A stretch of 63,469 bases of DNA, filler included, from Collodictyon triciliatum (taxonomy: Eukaryota): assembly GCA_043381765.1 (NCBI GenBank). It is 12 parts of 12 records of this genome, joined end to end, with 100 filler letters (N's around TTAATTAATTAA, not from the genome) between each part and the next. Parts side by side here need not be neighbours in the genome. Positions count along the whole stretch, not along the records: positions 35,876 to 41,750 come from JBHJMP010004871.1; positions 41,851 to 47,725 come from JBHJMP010004872.1; positions 47,826 to 53,700 come from JBHJMP010004873.1; 9 more parts are not named here. One strand, 5' to 3'. This document shows, piece by piece, positions 38,200-51,357 of this stretch. The position numbers were made by a program, and so were the translations under genes. The stretch's first letter is position 1. Every line of letters starts with the position of its first letter. The notes below the pieces were generated by a model that was not told where the DNA came from, searched no databases, and worked only from the letters and a program-made list of their open reading frames with translations.

Positions 38200-39681
38200 A
38201 CAAGGTTTACATCCTATTTCATTCCACTGGATGAGTCTTTTGAAGGAACAACATGTCACTTTCATTGCGTTTCTTGCTCGGAGATTCAAACAGAAAGCGA
38301 TACATCGTTGTTTATCTGGTATTATCGGAAGTGGCGCTTGACCGTCCCCTGGTTTCGGAACCATGCGTAGCTGGCAGTGGACTTTGCTTAACCGGAGTAT
38401 GGATACGCGTTTGTGGTTTTAGAAACAAATGCTCCTGCTTGTTCAGACTGTCTTTGGTGTGTGAAGTTCCAAGCTTGGATTCGACTTGTGCTGTTTGCCC
38501 TTGCTCCTTGGTTCTCGGTGCGACGGGCTGGGGCAGGGTAACGGACTGTCTTTAGTGGGGGCTGGTTCTTGTGTTGCCTTCGCTTTGGAGTATCCTTTCG
38601 GATAAGTAACGAAGACTGCCTTGAGGCTCCTATGTGAGCCATATTCATGTCAGTCTGAATGGGTAGTTTAGGGGGGGATTTCTTTCGGGGTTTGGAGATG
38701 CGCTGCTCTTGGGTCTTGCGATGTGCGGGCTTGTCCGGTGTTGGCGTTGGATGGCTTGAGTGCGAGGATTCTGAAGAGGAACCGAATTTCCTTCCATGTC
38801 ATCGTCGCTGTCGCTGTATGCGCGTATCTACTGTGAGTCTTGCGGACTCAGTTGTTGCCTGGCCTTGGCTTCCTTGACCTCGTTGCTGCTTGTCTGCTTG
38901 GCAGGTGTATTCTTTTGCGGGGCTTTTGCTTGTCGTTCGTTGTTTGCGGCTGGCGGACGCTCTTTGAGGATGCGCTTTTGACACTTTTACCCATGACCGC
39001 AAACTTTGTAGGGAGCTGGTTCTTGAGACAAAAAAGCTTCACCACGGCCGTGTCTGTGAAAAAGCCTTTGTCCTTTTTGATCTCTACGTGGGTCGGTCTG
39101 AACGGCTTCAGCTCCTCACGAAGGAGTTGCGGCCACACGTCCAGCGGTAGTTGGTAGATCATCACCGAGGTCTCTGTTGGTTTACTTCTGTTGAAGCTGA
39201 TCGTAATATCCCTCAAACTTACCTGCTTCAGTTCCAGAAGCTTTCGGGCGTTCTCTGCAGTGTGGAAGGCGATCAGGCAAAGGCCTTCACTGTCCGGTAA
39301 GCACAATTGGATGGACACTTCCCAAAGTTTGTTCGCTTTCAAGAAGGAGGCGAGCGCATCTGCGAGCCTGCGGGCCTTGTTCTTGTTATAAACGACTTGC
39401 TCGACCCCGTGCAAAAATACTGTCCGATCAGACAGACTTACAGGCGGCTTCCTTGCACGGGTCTTCCTAGACTTACGTGCAACTGGGGTTTTTCCGCGCC
39501 AGCGTTGGAACCTGAAGGGCTGGCTGCAACTTGCAAAGCCTTCGACGGGTCGCAGCTTGCGCTGATCTCCCCGTCTCGGCTCGTGTTTTCCATCAGGCGC
39601 GGGCAAAAAACAAAAGTGAGATAATACTTCCTTAAGTGTCAAAATGCAGTTCAACACAAGATTATCCTGGAAGGTTGTCAT
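38200..39681 (-). mobile_element. Degenerate non-LTR retrotransposon (L1/Tx1-like): RRM-type ORF1 plus remnant of an APE endonuclease start
   Basis: Intronless GC-richer ORF with two RRM-like units (TVFLHGV...LIAFHTAENARKLL; TSVMIYQLPLDV...TAVVKL...LPTKFAVMGKSV). A frameshifted low-complexity tail follows, then CIAFCLNLRA and SDMLFLQKTH, resembling the APE motifs SLNVRG and DILFLQETH. Confidence 0.6.
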
Positions 39682-40899
39682 GAGTGCCTGCTTCGAAACA
39701 GTAGCATATTATTATATTATACATCACAAATTCTTGGCACATATTTGTTTCTTCTTTCATCTCCTATTTAAAACACTTATTTGTTGTATTTAAAATTGAA
39801 AATTTTTTTTTCCTTTATTCGATTGTATTTAAAATTGAAAATAATGAAAATAATGTTATATCACAGCACCGCAACAAGTCCTTTATGTAAGAAGTAAAAA
39901 TAAGATATGTAAACATAAAAAAGTCAACGCATAGTGCCCTTTTTCATTTTTTGTCAATGTTGTTGATTTTAAAAACTATTCATTTTTTTTAATTATCTGC
40001 GCAATTAACCAACTTAAATATGAATTCTTTGATTATTTATCAACGTGGGCTGTGAAAATGTGTGCCGTTGAGGACAACGCTTCTTATTCTGGCGGTTTAA
40101 ATAATTTTTGCATCGTTACATCAGTTTATTGAAAGGAAACAGAGCTGAAAAAATACCCTCCTTTCAAGTTACAAAAAGACAGCTTAACAAATATTTATTA
40201 AGTAGATAATCACAAATATTCTACTGTTACAAAAACAAATATATATATAGTTAAATTTATTTTTATCCAAACTTTTTTACATGCATAACAGCACAACATA
40301 AAATAGAAGAAATCCAATTATATAATTTGTCATTTAATCAACAATTAAACCTCATTCCTTGTTATATTTCGCATTGTGCATCGGCTACTAAACAAAACCC
40401 AAAACTTTTTATCTCACACATCTGTATGGAAGAGTAGAAATTATGTTTTGCATCTTATCAAGTTTTCATTATTCGGCAATATGTTGTTTTTCGCACTATT
40501 TATTTTATATGTATACTCAGAGCTGCATTGTGCATAATAATGCCATACAATCATGGCAAAGTCTTGAATAAATGGAAATATAATTATGGCTAAGACCATT
40601 CGTAGGCATTTTAATCATTATATTTATTTCTCCGGATGTTGCACTTTTGCATTTATAATATGACCAGAATTAATAACCATGCTTTGCAACGAGCGTTCAA
40701 AATCCATTTAAAATAAAGAAAATGTAAAACACTGTCCATATATCATACAAATCAACATGAAATTCTACATATCACATATTTTGTGAAAATAGAAGCTTGT
40801 ATTTTTTGAAAACATTTTAATTTTGTTGCTTATGTTTTATCTTATTTTTGTTTGTTGTTGGATGTATCCATTAACATTATTATTATTGTTTAAATATAT

Positions 40900-41270
40900 C
40901 AAGGCCATTTGATAGAATATTCAACTTCATTCTGTCCCATGTAGGCATGCGAACTTTACTGGGGTTTCTAATTCACAACCACCTAGCGTATAATGAGCAA
41001 GAAAAGAATTCTTCTTCAAGATGGAATCCAGCGACCTTTAATAATTGATCTTGCCATATATATTTTTACATTAAAAATCCAGTCTTACCAAGGGTGTTAC
41101 CTTTGCGATGGAAATGGAATGTCTGGAGATATCAAAAGTATCATTCGGAATAAATAGTTTCACTTCACATATCTGTTAGTCTTTCTGCTCTGGCAGTATT
41201 TGCCCTCACATGCTTCATTACTCGTCGAGATTCCGTTGCACCATTACAGGCTCCAACGTGTGTATCTAGG
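40900..41270 (-). mobile_element. Decayed Helitron-type PIF1 helicase fragment (pseudogene)
   Basis: Frameshifted translation: HVG-PVMVQRNLD...LFIP-ILLISPDIPFP..R..VRLDF...DQLLKVAGFHLEEEFFS..LY...RNPSKV. Colinear with the RepHel helicase C-terminus. Confidence 0.75.
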
Positions 41271-41853
41271 ATTTATTTCCTTTATTAGATTCCGAGTAGC
41301 GTGTGTATTAGGGATAAGAATAACATTTTTTTTTATTGTATAGCATAAGATGGAAAACTGGAAGGTTCCAAAGCACGCAATATCAACCGAGAAATTTCAC
41401 AAAATGGGAAAAGTTCATAACCGAATCAAATGATTTTTTTTTATTCTAAAAATCCTAGCTGTTGAGCCCGTCTCAACAATCTTTCATTCAGCCATCAGGC
41501 AAGTAGTTCCAAAGTAGGTGGGGATGTGTGGGAGATAAAAAAGAAAAACAGGGATAAAAATAAAGAAAAAAAGAAAAAGAGAAAGAGAGGCTTGATAAGA
41601 GATGTATGGATTTCTTTTGGGGACGCGTGGTAGTATCCCACGAGCATGAGAAAAAAAGGACGGGTGATATTGATTGGATGGAGAAGGGGGAATACTGCTT
41701 TGATGGCGCAAGCTGTCGAAAAGGATGGTGAAAAGAGAAGTGAGGTTCGTNNNNNNNNNNNNNNNNNNNNNNNNNNNNNNNNNNNNNNNNNNNNTTAATT
41801 AATTAANNNNNNNNNNNNNNNNNNNNNNNNNNNNNNNNNNNNNNNNNNNNACA

Positions 41854-41917
<64 letters not shown>

Positions 41918-42139
41918 TGCAAACGTTTTCTTGCATCAACATAACAGTGACCAATGCGTATTTACATATTTCCATGTATCTTTGCGCACGTATGAATCTA
42001 TGAATGAATGTATGTATGTGTATGTGCATCCAGCCAAGTCCAACCGCGGGTCCGTCTGCAAACACACAACTCGGCTCTATGCAGAATCCGTTCGGCCCCA
42101 ACATATGTAACCCATCCACGCCTTTGCATCACACTCACG

Positions 42140-42317
42140 CCTGTTGCGGCTCCACACACTCATCACACTATCGCTCATCTGCACAGCACCGATTGTTGCC
42201 TTCCGCCCGGCGGCGAACCAGAGCCAAAGCCAAACCCAGCAGAGCCGCACAAATCCGGCACATCCACACAGCGACGAACGCCAGTGACAGCAGCAGGACG
42301 ACGGCCAAAAGGCGCAT
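42140..42317 (-). CDS. Possible first exon(s) of a secreted protein gene running off the contig
   Basis: MRLLAVVLLLSLAFVA is signal-peptide-like; downstream tgcag/gtgagt-flanked exon candidate. Confidence 0.3.
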
Positions 42318-42662
42318 GCAATTAAATAAATCAAATAAATTAAGTAAAAGAAAGTAAGAGCGAACCCTTATATGCTTCCGGCCATCACGAACCACAGATG
42401 CCTTCGGGTCGTTTCATCCCACAAAACGCAGTCTTTGGTTGGATATCAGCAACTGAACTGGGAAGAAGTGATTTAAAAAAAAAAATATAAAAGTGATCCG
42501 ATTCATTGTGCGGATTCTTGTGTCGGAAATCACTCAAGTCGCAAGCCACTCACAGCAGCAACAAACACACCAGAGGCAGAAGGAAAGGAAGAAAGAAAGG
42601 AAGAAAGAAAGAAGAGAGGAAGAAAGAAAGGAAGAAAGAAAGGAAGCCTGTAGCACAAGACG

Positions 42663-43178
42663 ATGGAGCAGAAGAAAGAGCAGCCCGTGGCCGAACCCAG
42701 CGACGCCGTCGACAACGATGTCTTTGTGCCAAACATCCCGCGGCAAATCACCCCGCGCGAGCGCTTCTGGAAAAAGTTCCATGACCATCCGCTTGTCCCA
42801 CTCGGTTTGTGGTGCTTACTTTCCTTCCCTATCCTTTACTTCCCCATTATTTTTTCTCTTTTTCATCATCATTATCATCCTCACTCCTCTATTCATGCAA
42901 CCACAGTCTCGAAAGAACAAAAAATAAAAATAAAGTAAAGGAAAAGAATAAGAACAGAAAGACGCCTTTTCGCTGTCTCTTTTCCACGCTCAACCTACCT
43001 GCAAAACTTAGGTGCTGGCGTCACAGCAGTTGTTCTCACGCTCGGCCTCGTCTCGATGAAGCGCAACCGCCCTGCCGAGGCGCAGAAGTTCATGCGAGCG
43101 AGAGTCATCGCGCAGGGATTCACACTCGCTGCGATTGTCTACTCAGTTGCGGTGCCTTCCAAAAAACCGGACGCGTAG
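42663..43178 (+). CDS. HIG1-domain protein (HIGD2A/Rcf1-like), 2 exons
   Basis: Exons 42663-42804 and 43012-43178: RFWKKFHDHPLVPLG|AGVTAVVLTLGL...AQKFMRARVIAQGFT. Confidence 0.93.
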
Positions 43179-43487
43179 CTCAGAGTTTCGTGAAGCCTGC
43201 CTTTGCCGTTTCCCCAACGATACACGCGTCTCTCCTCTGCATCTCTTCCACGTTCTGTGTTTTCTTGTTACTCTGTTTCTCTCTCGTCTTTGTTCTCTTT
43301 TTCACCCATCGCCTTCTGTTCCTGTCTTGACGATGATGATTCTCTGCGTTGAAGAAAGATTACATACACACTAACCAGCCACACCGACTGCGAGCGATAT
43401 TCAACTATCTAATCCCTTTCATCGTTTCATCACTTTCTTTTCTCTCGTTTCTCTTTCTGGCTCTCTTTTTTCTTCTTTTGTTTGTCT

Positions 43488-46400
43488 TTATTGTTGCCCT
43501 TCGAGTCGCTTGCGTCCCACTACGCGTCCGCGGTAACCCGAACCGCCCACGAGGAGTGATTCGCCAGAGGGAAGGCAGTTCGATGAGAGATACGGCGCAC
43601 GGATTCCGGAGCCCTTTCGTTTCGCAAAGCCCATGTGATTAGTGCTTCGTGTATTTTCATGTATATTCATGGGTTATCTTTGTGATTTTAAGTGATGACT
43701 ACAAATAGAAAAAATAACGAAAATAAAAAAAAATATAAAAGAAACCTGGACAAAATATATGTTTGGCATATCGATGTTGCCTCTCACAAGAACATTCACA
43801 TCTTCTAGAAGTTCAGCCGGAACCTATAAACGTGTTGGTGTCAAAGTCGGCCCAGCATTTTTTTTCCTTTCATTTTTCTTCGATATCGAGTTCATGCGTG
43901 ATGAGAGTGGAGGAGAGTTTCGTGGTGTTGAACAGAGTGCGTCATTTCTGTTGCATGACTTGTGATTCAGAAAATTAGGTGAGTACGGGTGTGGTGATGT
44001 AGAAGACTTTCTTGGTCGGGTCGATGGCACGGATGATACCTGAAAGAAAAAGACATTCAGTAAGAGGAATCGTATGGTTTATTCTTGGCAGCTTCTTTTC
44101 TATTGGCAGATTGTACTGCGTTAATTGTCGAGAAAAAGGACGAAAACAACACGTCTGTAAACTAAGAACCCAAGGCGTGTTTAGAAACCATGTATTTCAA
44201 AGAATTAGTTGAATTATGACACAAAGATTCCACGTGCATATTGGTACTATACGATGGGCTGTAAGATGAGAAGAAGAAAGAAAGGAAAAGGTGATATTGT
44301 GAAGAAGGGTGGAAGTCATACCCAACCCAACGCAATGTACAAGCGGCAATGAAGGCGTCACCTTTTCAAAGGGGGAGAGTATAACGAAATAAAATCAAGA
44401 AATAAGTTCGTATTATCAGAGCGTGGTCGATTTGAGATGAAAATGAATTTGATAAAAGAAAAAAATGCCTTCATATATTGAGAACGGTTTATTAAGTTGT
44501 AGTAAAAAAAAAAAAAAACCTTGAAATAACCAGCATACTGCTCATTCTATGGGGAAAGAATAAAATGAAATTAGAAAAATTCGAGTGGCGGTAGCATATT
44601 CAATCAAGAGGCGCTAATTAAAAAAAATTACCCATATCAAAAAACGAATCTATGATTGAGACGAACCGTCTGAGTGCTTATATCTGTCTTTTGTGACGAA
44701 TCTACGCATAAGCCAACTATGGATACATTCAGTGCTCGAAGGATGTGACTTGTATCGACCTTGGCGATGCACCAACGATTAAATTTATATACGAAGAGAA
44801 AGACCATTTGCATGTAAAACCATGTAGAAAAGACTATTTGCGCACAGTTTGCTGTGTTTGTGAAAAATAAAATATTGGAAATGTATATAGTATCTCAAGG
44901 ACATAATGATACAGATGAAAAAGACTTCGATGGCGTACTAGAAGGTTTGGAAAAGCTATGATTAACCCCTTCCATGGGACGGAGTAAAGATTCTCTGAAA
45001 CGATTCTATCCACACCATTGGGTGTGAAATAGTTTATGATACGAGAGTTTCGGATTTCGCTTGGATTCTTTGTTCTGAAGAGAGATTTAGAGATCATGAT
45101 TTTTGTATATACTATTACATTTCTATGATGATATAGAGTGGGGAAAAAAGTGTAATCTTTACAAAGAAATGGACGGAGAAGCTCGCAGAATATCGAACAA
45201 ATCTATGTTTCAATGTCGTAAGCGACAGCATACTCAAAGTGAATGGATATTTTTGCGCGAATCTACAGAAAATGATATTTATTCGTTTTGAGTTATTATT
45301 TTTTTACCAAATCGTAAATTATGACCAAAGTCGAGGCGGTTTCCTTTTTTATTCTCAGACAAAATGCGAACAATAGATTTAGGACGGCAGAACTGAACAA
45401 AATCTGTCAACAGCTCCATTCCCAGCGCTGGAATGAATCGTTTTAATAAGTTATACTTGAAACAAAAGTATTTTCATACATCTGTGAGAATAGATTCCTC
45501 TTCATTGGACGAATAGAATTAAAGAATCAAAGATTCGAAGAATGTGAAGTTGGCAGAGCAATACCTTTCACCCATCCAAAAGTGTTTATAATGATGGGAT
45601 ACCCATGAAAATTTTCAAGATAAAATGTCCATAGGCTCTTGATTGTGCTCAGAAATAGCACAGGAATGTCCTTTGGAGAAACAACACCCACACAATGAGA
45701 TCTGTTGGAATGAGTATTGAAATAGGGTGATTTGAGCATCTGACTGCACCAACGCATTTATCCTGAGAAAGAAATAGAATTTTTCTGAACCATAACGATT
45801 TTCGTTCCGCTACTAATTTGAAAATAGACGTTACAAACCTAATTATTTCAATGGCGTTGGTTCTTTCAAAACCTTTAGGAAAATCAGAAATCAAAAAAAA
45901 AAAAAACATAATTTAGATTCGGATTACAAAGATCAAAATACTCGACAAACCTCCTACATTCAAAAGAATAATTAAAAAAAAAGGTGAAATGCAGATAGCT
46001 TTTTATCAAAATCCACAAATTCGATATCAAATATAAGGAAACATCGAAAGGGGAAATGGATGTTGAAACTCAGTGCTAGCCGCGGAGTATCAACAGTAGA
46101 AGGTCAATATGAAGTATTTATAAGAGAGTCATAACTCTACCCACCAAAATTTGTTCCTTTCAACATGACTAGAGAGACCATTCCAGGGACAGTATACTCT
46201 GGCTGTCCTGGATCGATATCAAGAAGTATTACTGGCGATTTTTTCCTAAATAAAAGAATATTTTAAATGGAATATTTTGATTTGAGAAATTTCTCTAAAC
46301 ATGATATGGGTTATTAGATGGCGTAAGTACGAAGGCTCCACATATCAGGCGAAATATTACTTTTCAAAAGCCCGATTACTGAGAACGCGGCAAAAAGTCG

Positions 46401-47469
46401 ACTTTCCCATCGACTTTGTGCCAATCACCATAGCAAAGAGTAACTGATCTATATATATGTAGGAAGTTCAAAAGATACCTATTTATATGACCTGTGACTC
46501 ATACAACCATTTTATGATTCATATAAAGTGTTCTTGAAAAAAATTAAATCAGTAGATTTAGAATAATTACGCATTCGTCTTGGAATTATGAGATTATAGG
46601 CTAAAGATATGATGGACCAGTGAATGCGACATACCCCACAGCAACTCAGATATACAAAGCTCCCATTCAGACGAGTGGATATAATATCTGTCCTTCAACT
46701 GCTGCTTGGACGTCAACTGCGGAATTTATTTTGTTTCTAATTACTACAATGACCGTCAACTTTTAGTCAGCAAAGGGGGGAATAGTATAGAAAAATAAAA
46801 CCAATTAGTCTGAACGAAAACAGCATGTAGATATTTACCAGAGAGCAGCCTTGTGGGAGAAGGGTCTTGCGCTCATCACATTGGAGCTCATCTAAATCTA
46901 CGCTGACATCCTCATCTTTTCTGTTATCATGTCTCTCTATTCCATCTATGCGAACTACGCATCCAAATTGCGACAAACTCGATGGAAGAAAATGGGTGTA
47001 CTCCATGTCATTTTCGAGAGTACGGTCGCTAGCGTAGTATTCAACTGTGAAAATATTAAAAACATTGGATTATTAGCTATTAATACTGTGCTAATGGGAA
47101 TACTTTGTGGTAAATGCAGGAAACAAATAAACAAACATTGGACAAATATGTAAATTTTCTAATTCTTACATTGAAATAAAAGGAATAGTTAAGAAATATT
47201 ATTGTATATAATCTGATTACTCGGCAATAACAATCGATCATCAGAACAATCAATCACTCTCTCCTCTGTTTCTCTGCTAGTGATAGAGCCAAATATCCGA
47301 ACTTGGCCTCTATGGAAATTAGTCGAAGATTTATGCATTTATTTAAATTTTTCTTAAACATTCAATTCGTCGGTTTTTTAGAAGAATACGAAATTTGTAA
47401 ATCAGACATTAAAGGATTTACCTCAGAACTCTGACTCGAAAAATCCCTCTGATAAACAACGCCTGCCAT
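43488..47469 (-). CDS. NOL9: Polynucleotide 5'-hydroxyl kinase NOL9/Grc3 (Clp1 family), many exons
   Basis: Walker A GTKSMGKSTFCRVLSNR, LLDIDPGQPEYTVPGMVSL, PIIINTFGWVKG, GIIRAIDP..KVFYITTP|VPAELLEDVNVLVRG. Confidence 0.92.
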
Positions 47470-47604
47470 TATGTAAAAACATGTAGATATTTAGTCGGGT
47501 GAAAACGAAGCAGTTTGAAAAAAAAACGTCATTTGAAACTATATTTCTCCTTTTTCTTCTTTGAATCGGATTCATATGAAAATATAATTTATCTATACAA
47601 AAAA

Positions 47605-47725
<121 letters not shown>

Positions 47726-48076
47726 NNNNNNNNNNNNNNNNNNNNNNNNNNNNNNNNNNNNNNNNNNNNTTAATTAATTAANNNNNNNNNNNNNNNNNNN
47801 NNNNNNNNNNNNNNNNNNNNNNNNNTGTTCCTTTCTCGGCTCTCTCATATTTGTTCCCCATTCTTTTTGCAACTTGTACGATAGATAAGCTAATTCATAA
47901 TAACACATAAACCTCCACCATCTTCACAATTAGAAAGGAATAATAAAATAAAAATATGCTATGACACACATTTTTTTAGTATACCTGAGCCAATATAAAT
48001 ACACGATCATTTACCTTTTCTAAGGCTCACTTTTCCTTATCAACTCGTCATCGATAATCTAATATTTGACCAATAG

Positions 48077-49984
48077 GCGGACATGGTGGCCTTGATTTAG
48101 GAAGACCAAAGACACCAGGCATTCAGAAAAATGAAATCAAGACACCTGAGAATAGAAAGTCTCCTTCTCAAACACCGAATGATGATGATGATAATGATGA
48201 TGATGATAATGATGATAATGATGATAATGATGCAGATATTGACGAATTGGAAAATGGTATAAATGAATTACACCAATATTCTTTAAATTTTTTTATTTTA
48301 GAATAGAAATAATATGAAATAATATCTCTGTGATATAATAATCTTAGCAATCTATATTGCTTTTTTTTTAAAAATTTTTTAGTATATATTGTTCTGTCGG
48401 TAATGAATGCTACATTATTATTAAATATCTAAAAAAAAAAAACAAATACCCTTTATAATAGGAGGGGATATGAGTGATACAGATTTAAGTAACATAAGCG
48501 GTTTAATTATTGACACATCATTTCGTGCAAAAGATGAGGAATTGTCTCCATATGATGAAACTTTCAAACAATTCATTCCCATGCAAAAATACAATCCTTC
48601 ATGTGTCTGGACCTGCGATGCTAAGGGGGTTATTGGAGTACCTCTCTTCCAAGGGGAATTATGTCCTGCAGAAACAACTTGTGAATTTGAAAGAAAATCT
48701 GACAATTTAAAAAAACACAGTGTTGGTAATTGCATTGATGAGAAACAGTTTATTTGCTCACTTCCATACAACGAGGATTGCAGTGGGTATTCAATCAACT
48801 TATGGACTTTAAGCGTGAACACCACCAAAGATAAACTCTCTTTAGATTACACACTCCTGGTGATTAGCGAGTCAAGACCATTTGCTATTTACAGCATTTA
48901 CGAAGAACATGTTTCTCCTGTTGTAACAGTAAACTCCTTCTTTCTCCCAGTTATATATGAAGAGAACGATTGCAATATCCTTTATTGTGTCTTTGAATAC
49001 GCTCATTTAATCGTTATTGAAGAAAAAGCCATACCTGGAGATATTTCATATGTCTATTGCCCAGTTCCGAAGACAAAAACCCTACCAAACTTTCTTCGAC
49101 TGACCTACAACCACAAAATCTTCAGCCATCCATATCCGTTCCGTATAACACCGATGATGAATCACCTCCCAAAGGTGAAACTGACTATTTGTGCAATCGT
49201 TCGCGGAGAAGGGTATAATTTACACGAGTGGTTGGAATTCCACTTAATGATGGGCTACAAACGATTTGTTCTATACGACAATAATCTGGAGCCCGACACT
49301 GTAATGGAAGATATTGCGATGGTTTACCGCGATGTTGTGATTATAGTTCCATGGAAATACAGACATACCCAATCTAATGCACTTACTGACTGCGCCATTC
49401 GCTATGGAGGCCAAACTGATTGGATGAGCTTCATCGATGTGGATGAGTTTATGATTCCACACCCAAATTACACAGATGTATCTAGTGTCTTAAATGACAG
49501 GTTTTCAAATGTTCCGTATATCTCGAGTTACTGGCTCACTTTCGGTCCGTGTGGGGAGGAAGAAAAATCACCAGGAGAATTGACAATGTCTATGTGCAGG
49601 TCAACCACTTTGGCAAAAGGTATGAAGCCAATGCCAAAGCCAACATTCCAGCCAAAGGACGTGGCTGGGATTCAGGGATTTAGCCCACATGTAGTGCGAC
49701 TCAAGAAGGATTTAGGCATCAAGGCTATTAGTAAAAGTGAAAAGACGAATGAATTGCTGCAGATATACCATTATCGCTACCGAACTTGGCCCGAATTCCA
49801 TCGTCGTAGACTCGGAGACACCGCAGCACGAACCATCCACCGAAGTGAAAAGGATGTTCTTCGAATGTGGACTGCAGCCAAAAAATCGCTCCAGCCTCTG
49901 CCCGACTCCGATAATGCAATCTTAAAATATATTCCTACTCTGAAGCAACGAATGAACGAAAGGATACCTGATTCTGTGTTCTAA
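48077..49984 (+). CDS. Glycosyltransferase family 92 / DUF23-like; 5' truncated
   Basis: Exons 48077-48256 (Asp-rich stem) and 48462-49984; LTICAIVRGEGYNLHEWLEFHLMMG..FVLYDNN and WMSFIDVDEF (DxD). Confidence 0.88.
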
Positions 49985-51081
49985 GGCCTTAGTCAAGAGA
50001 GTACACGAGAAAGAAAAAAAAAGAACGAAAGAATAATTACTCTACGAAGGAAAATTCTCTCGGGACTTTTTTTTCCCTTTCCCTAAGTTCTTCTTACCTT
50101 TTTTTTTTCCGGACAAAGCTTTCCCATTCTAAGCTTGTTTTTTTTTTTTCCGTCGAATTTGCAGTACCGTTATGGCACCCAACGGAGCCATATCAATGTT
50201 ATCACGTTTATGTGATAGCTTATGCTACATTCTTATTTTGCTTTCATCCTTTTTCTCCATAATTCTCGTCGGAGTATGTCCAACTTCAACGCCACTGACA
50301 AGTGTCGATCCCGCCTGTTTGCACATGTGAGTGCATAACCACCTCTTTCTCTTTCTATTTTAAACTTTAAGACTCCGTGCTATCAAATACACTGCCAATC
50401 AGCGATGATTTCGGGATAATATAATGGTATGGAGATATTGAATCCCAGCGCCGTTAAACTACTCTGCGTTGGCCTGAATTTCAGTCCTTTGTTGGGGGAG
50501 CCTCTGGACTTGCTTGAGCTAAAAAATAAAGAAAACACATAACATAATATAACATGATATAACATAATATAATATAACACAACATAACATATCACAACAC
50601 AACATAATATAACATAACCTATAGTAAAAAACAAAATCAAGACAAGATAAAATAAAATCAAGATTGATATTTGAAGTCGAAAAAGACAAATCGTCTGCAA
50701 CTACAGATTGGTTGTCGCAGAAAAATCGCTTCCGGCGAAGCATCCAACATGAAAAGTCGCCAGGAATGCGAATTTGCTTTCTTAAGAGCCTCTACAAAAA
50801 GAGTGCGTGCATATTTAAGCCATTGATGGGATGTTGAACCATTTGATGTGAATGCATGCCCGCACTGAATGGTAAGTTCATCCGAGTTTCCACAATTTCA
50901 AACTCCGTGAGAGCTTGAGAGGCTAGTGGCAAGGAAAGGAGATGGGCCGTAAACCGATTAGAGGAAAGATACATCACAAAGACATGATGTTTTTTTGATA
51001 GGTTTTTACTCAGCCATAAGAACGATATTTTCAATTCTTAAACTCTAATGCTTGCTTAATTTAGCATAAATCGTAAAAGTT

Positions 51082-51261
51082 ATGAAGTTCGGGGTGAGAG
51101 TGAGAGAGTTGAACACAGCGCAAACATCACCGTACAGCAGGATAGAGAGGGTAATAGTCATTCATGTGTATTTTAAATATCTAGCTTCTACAATTATTTA
51201 ATATGTATATTACACAATTATTCTGAAAATAATTTTCACACCATTCAATACCATGATTGCA

Positions 51262-51357
<96 letters not shown>

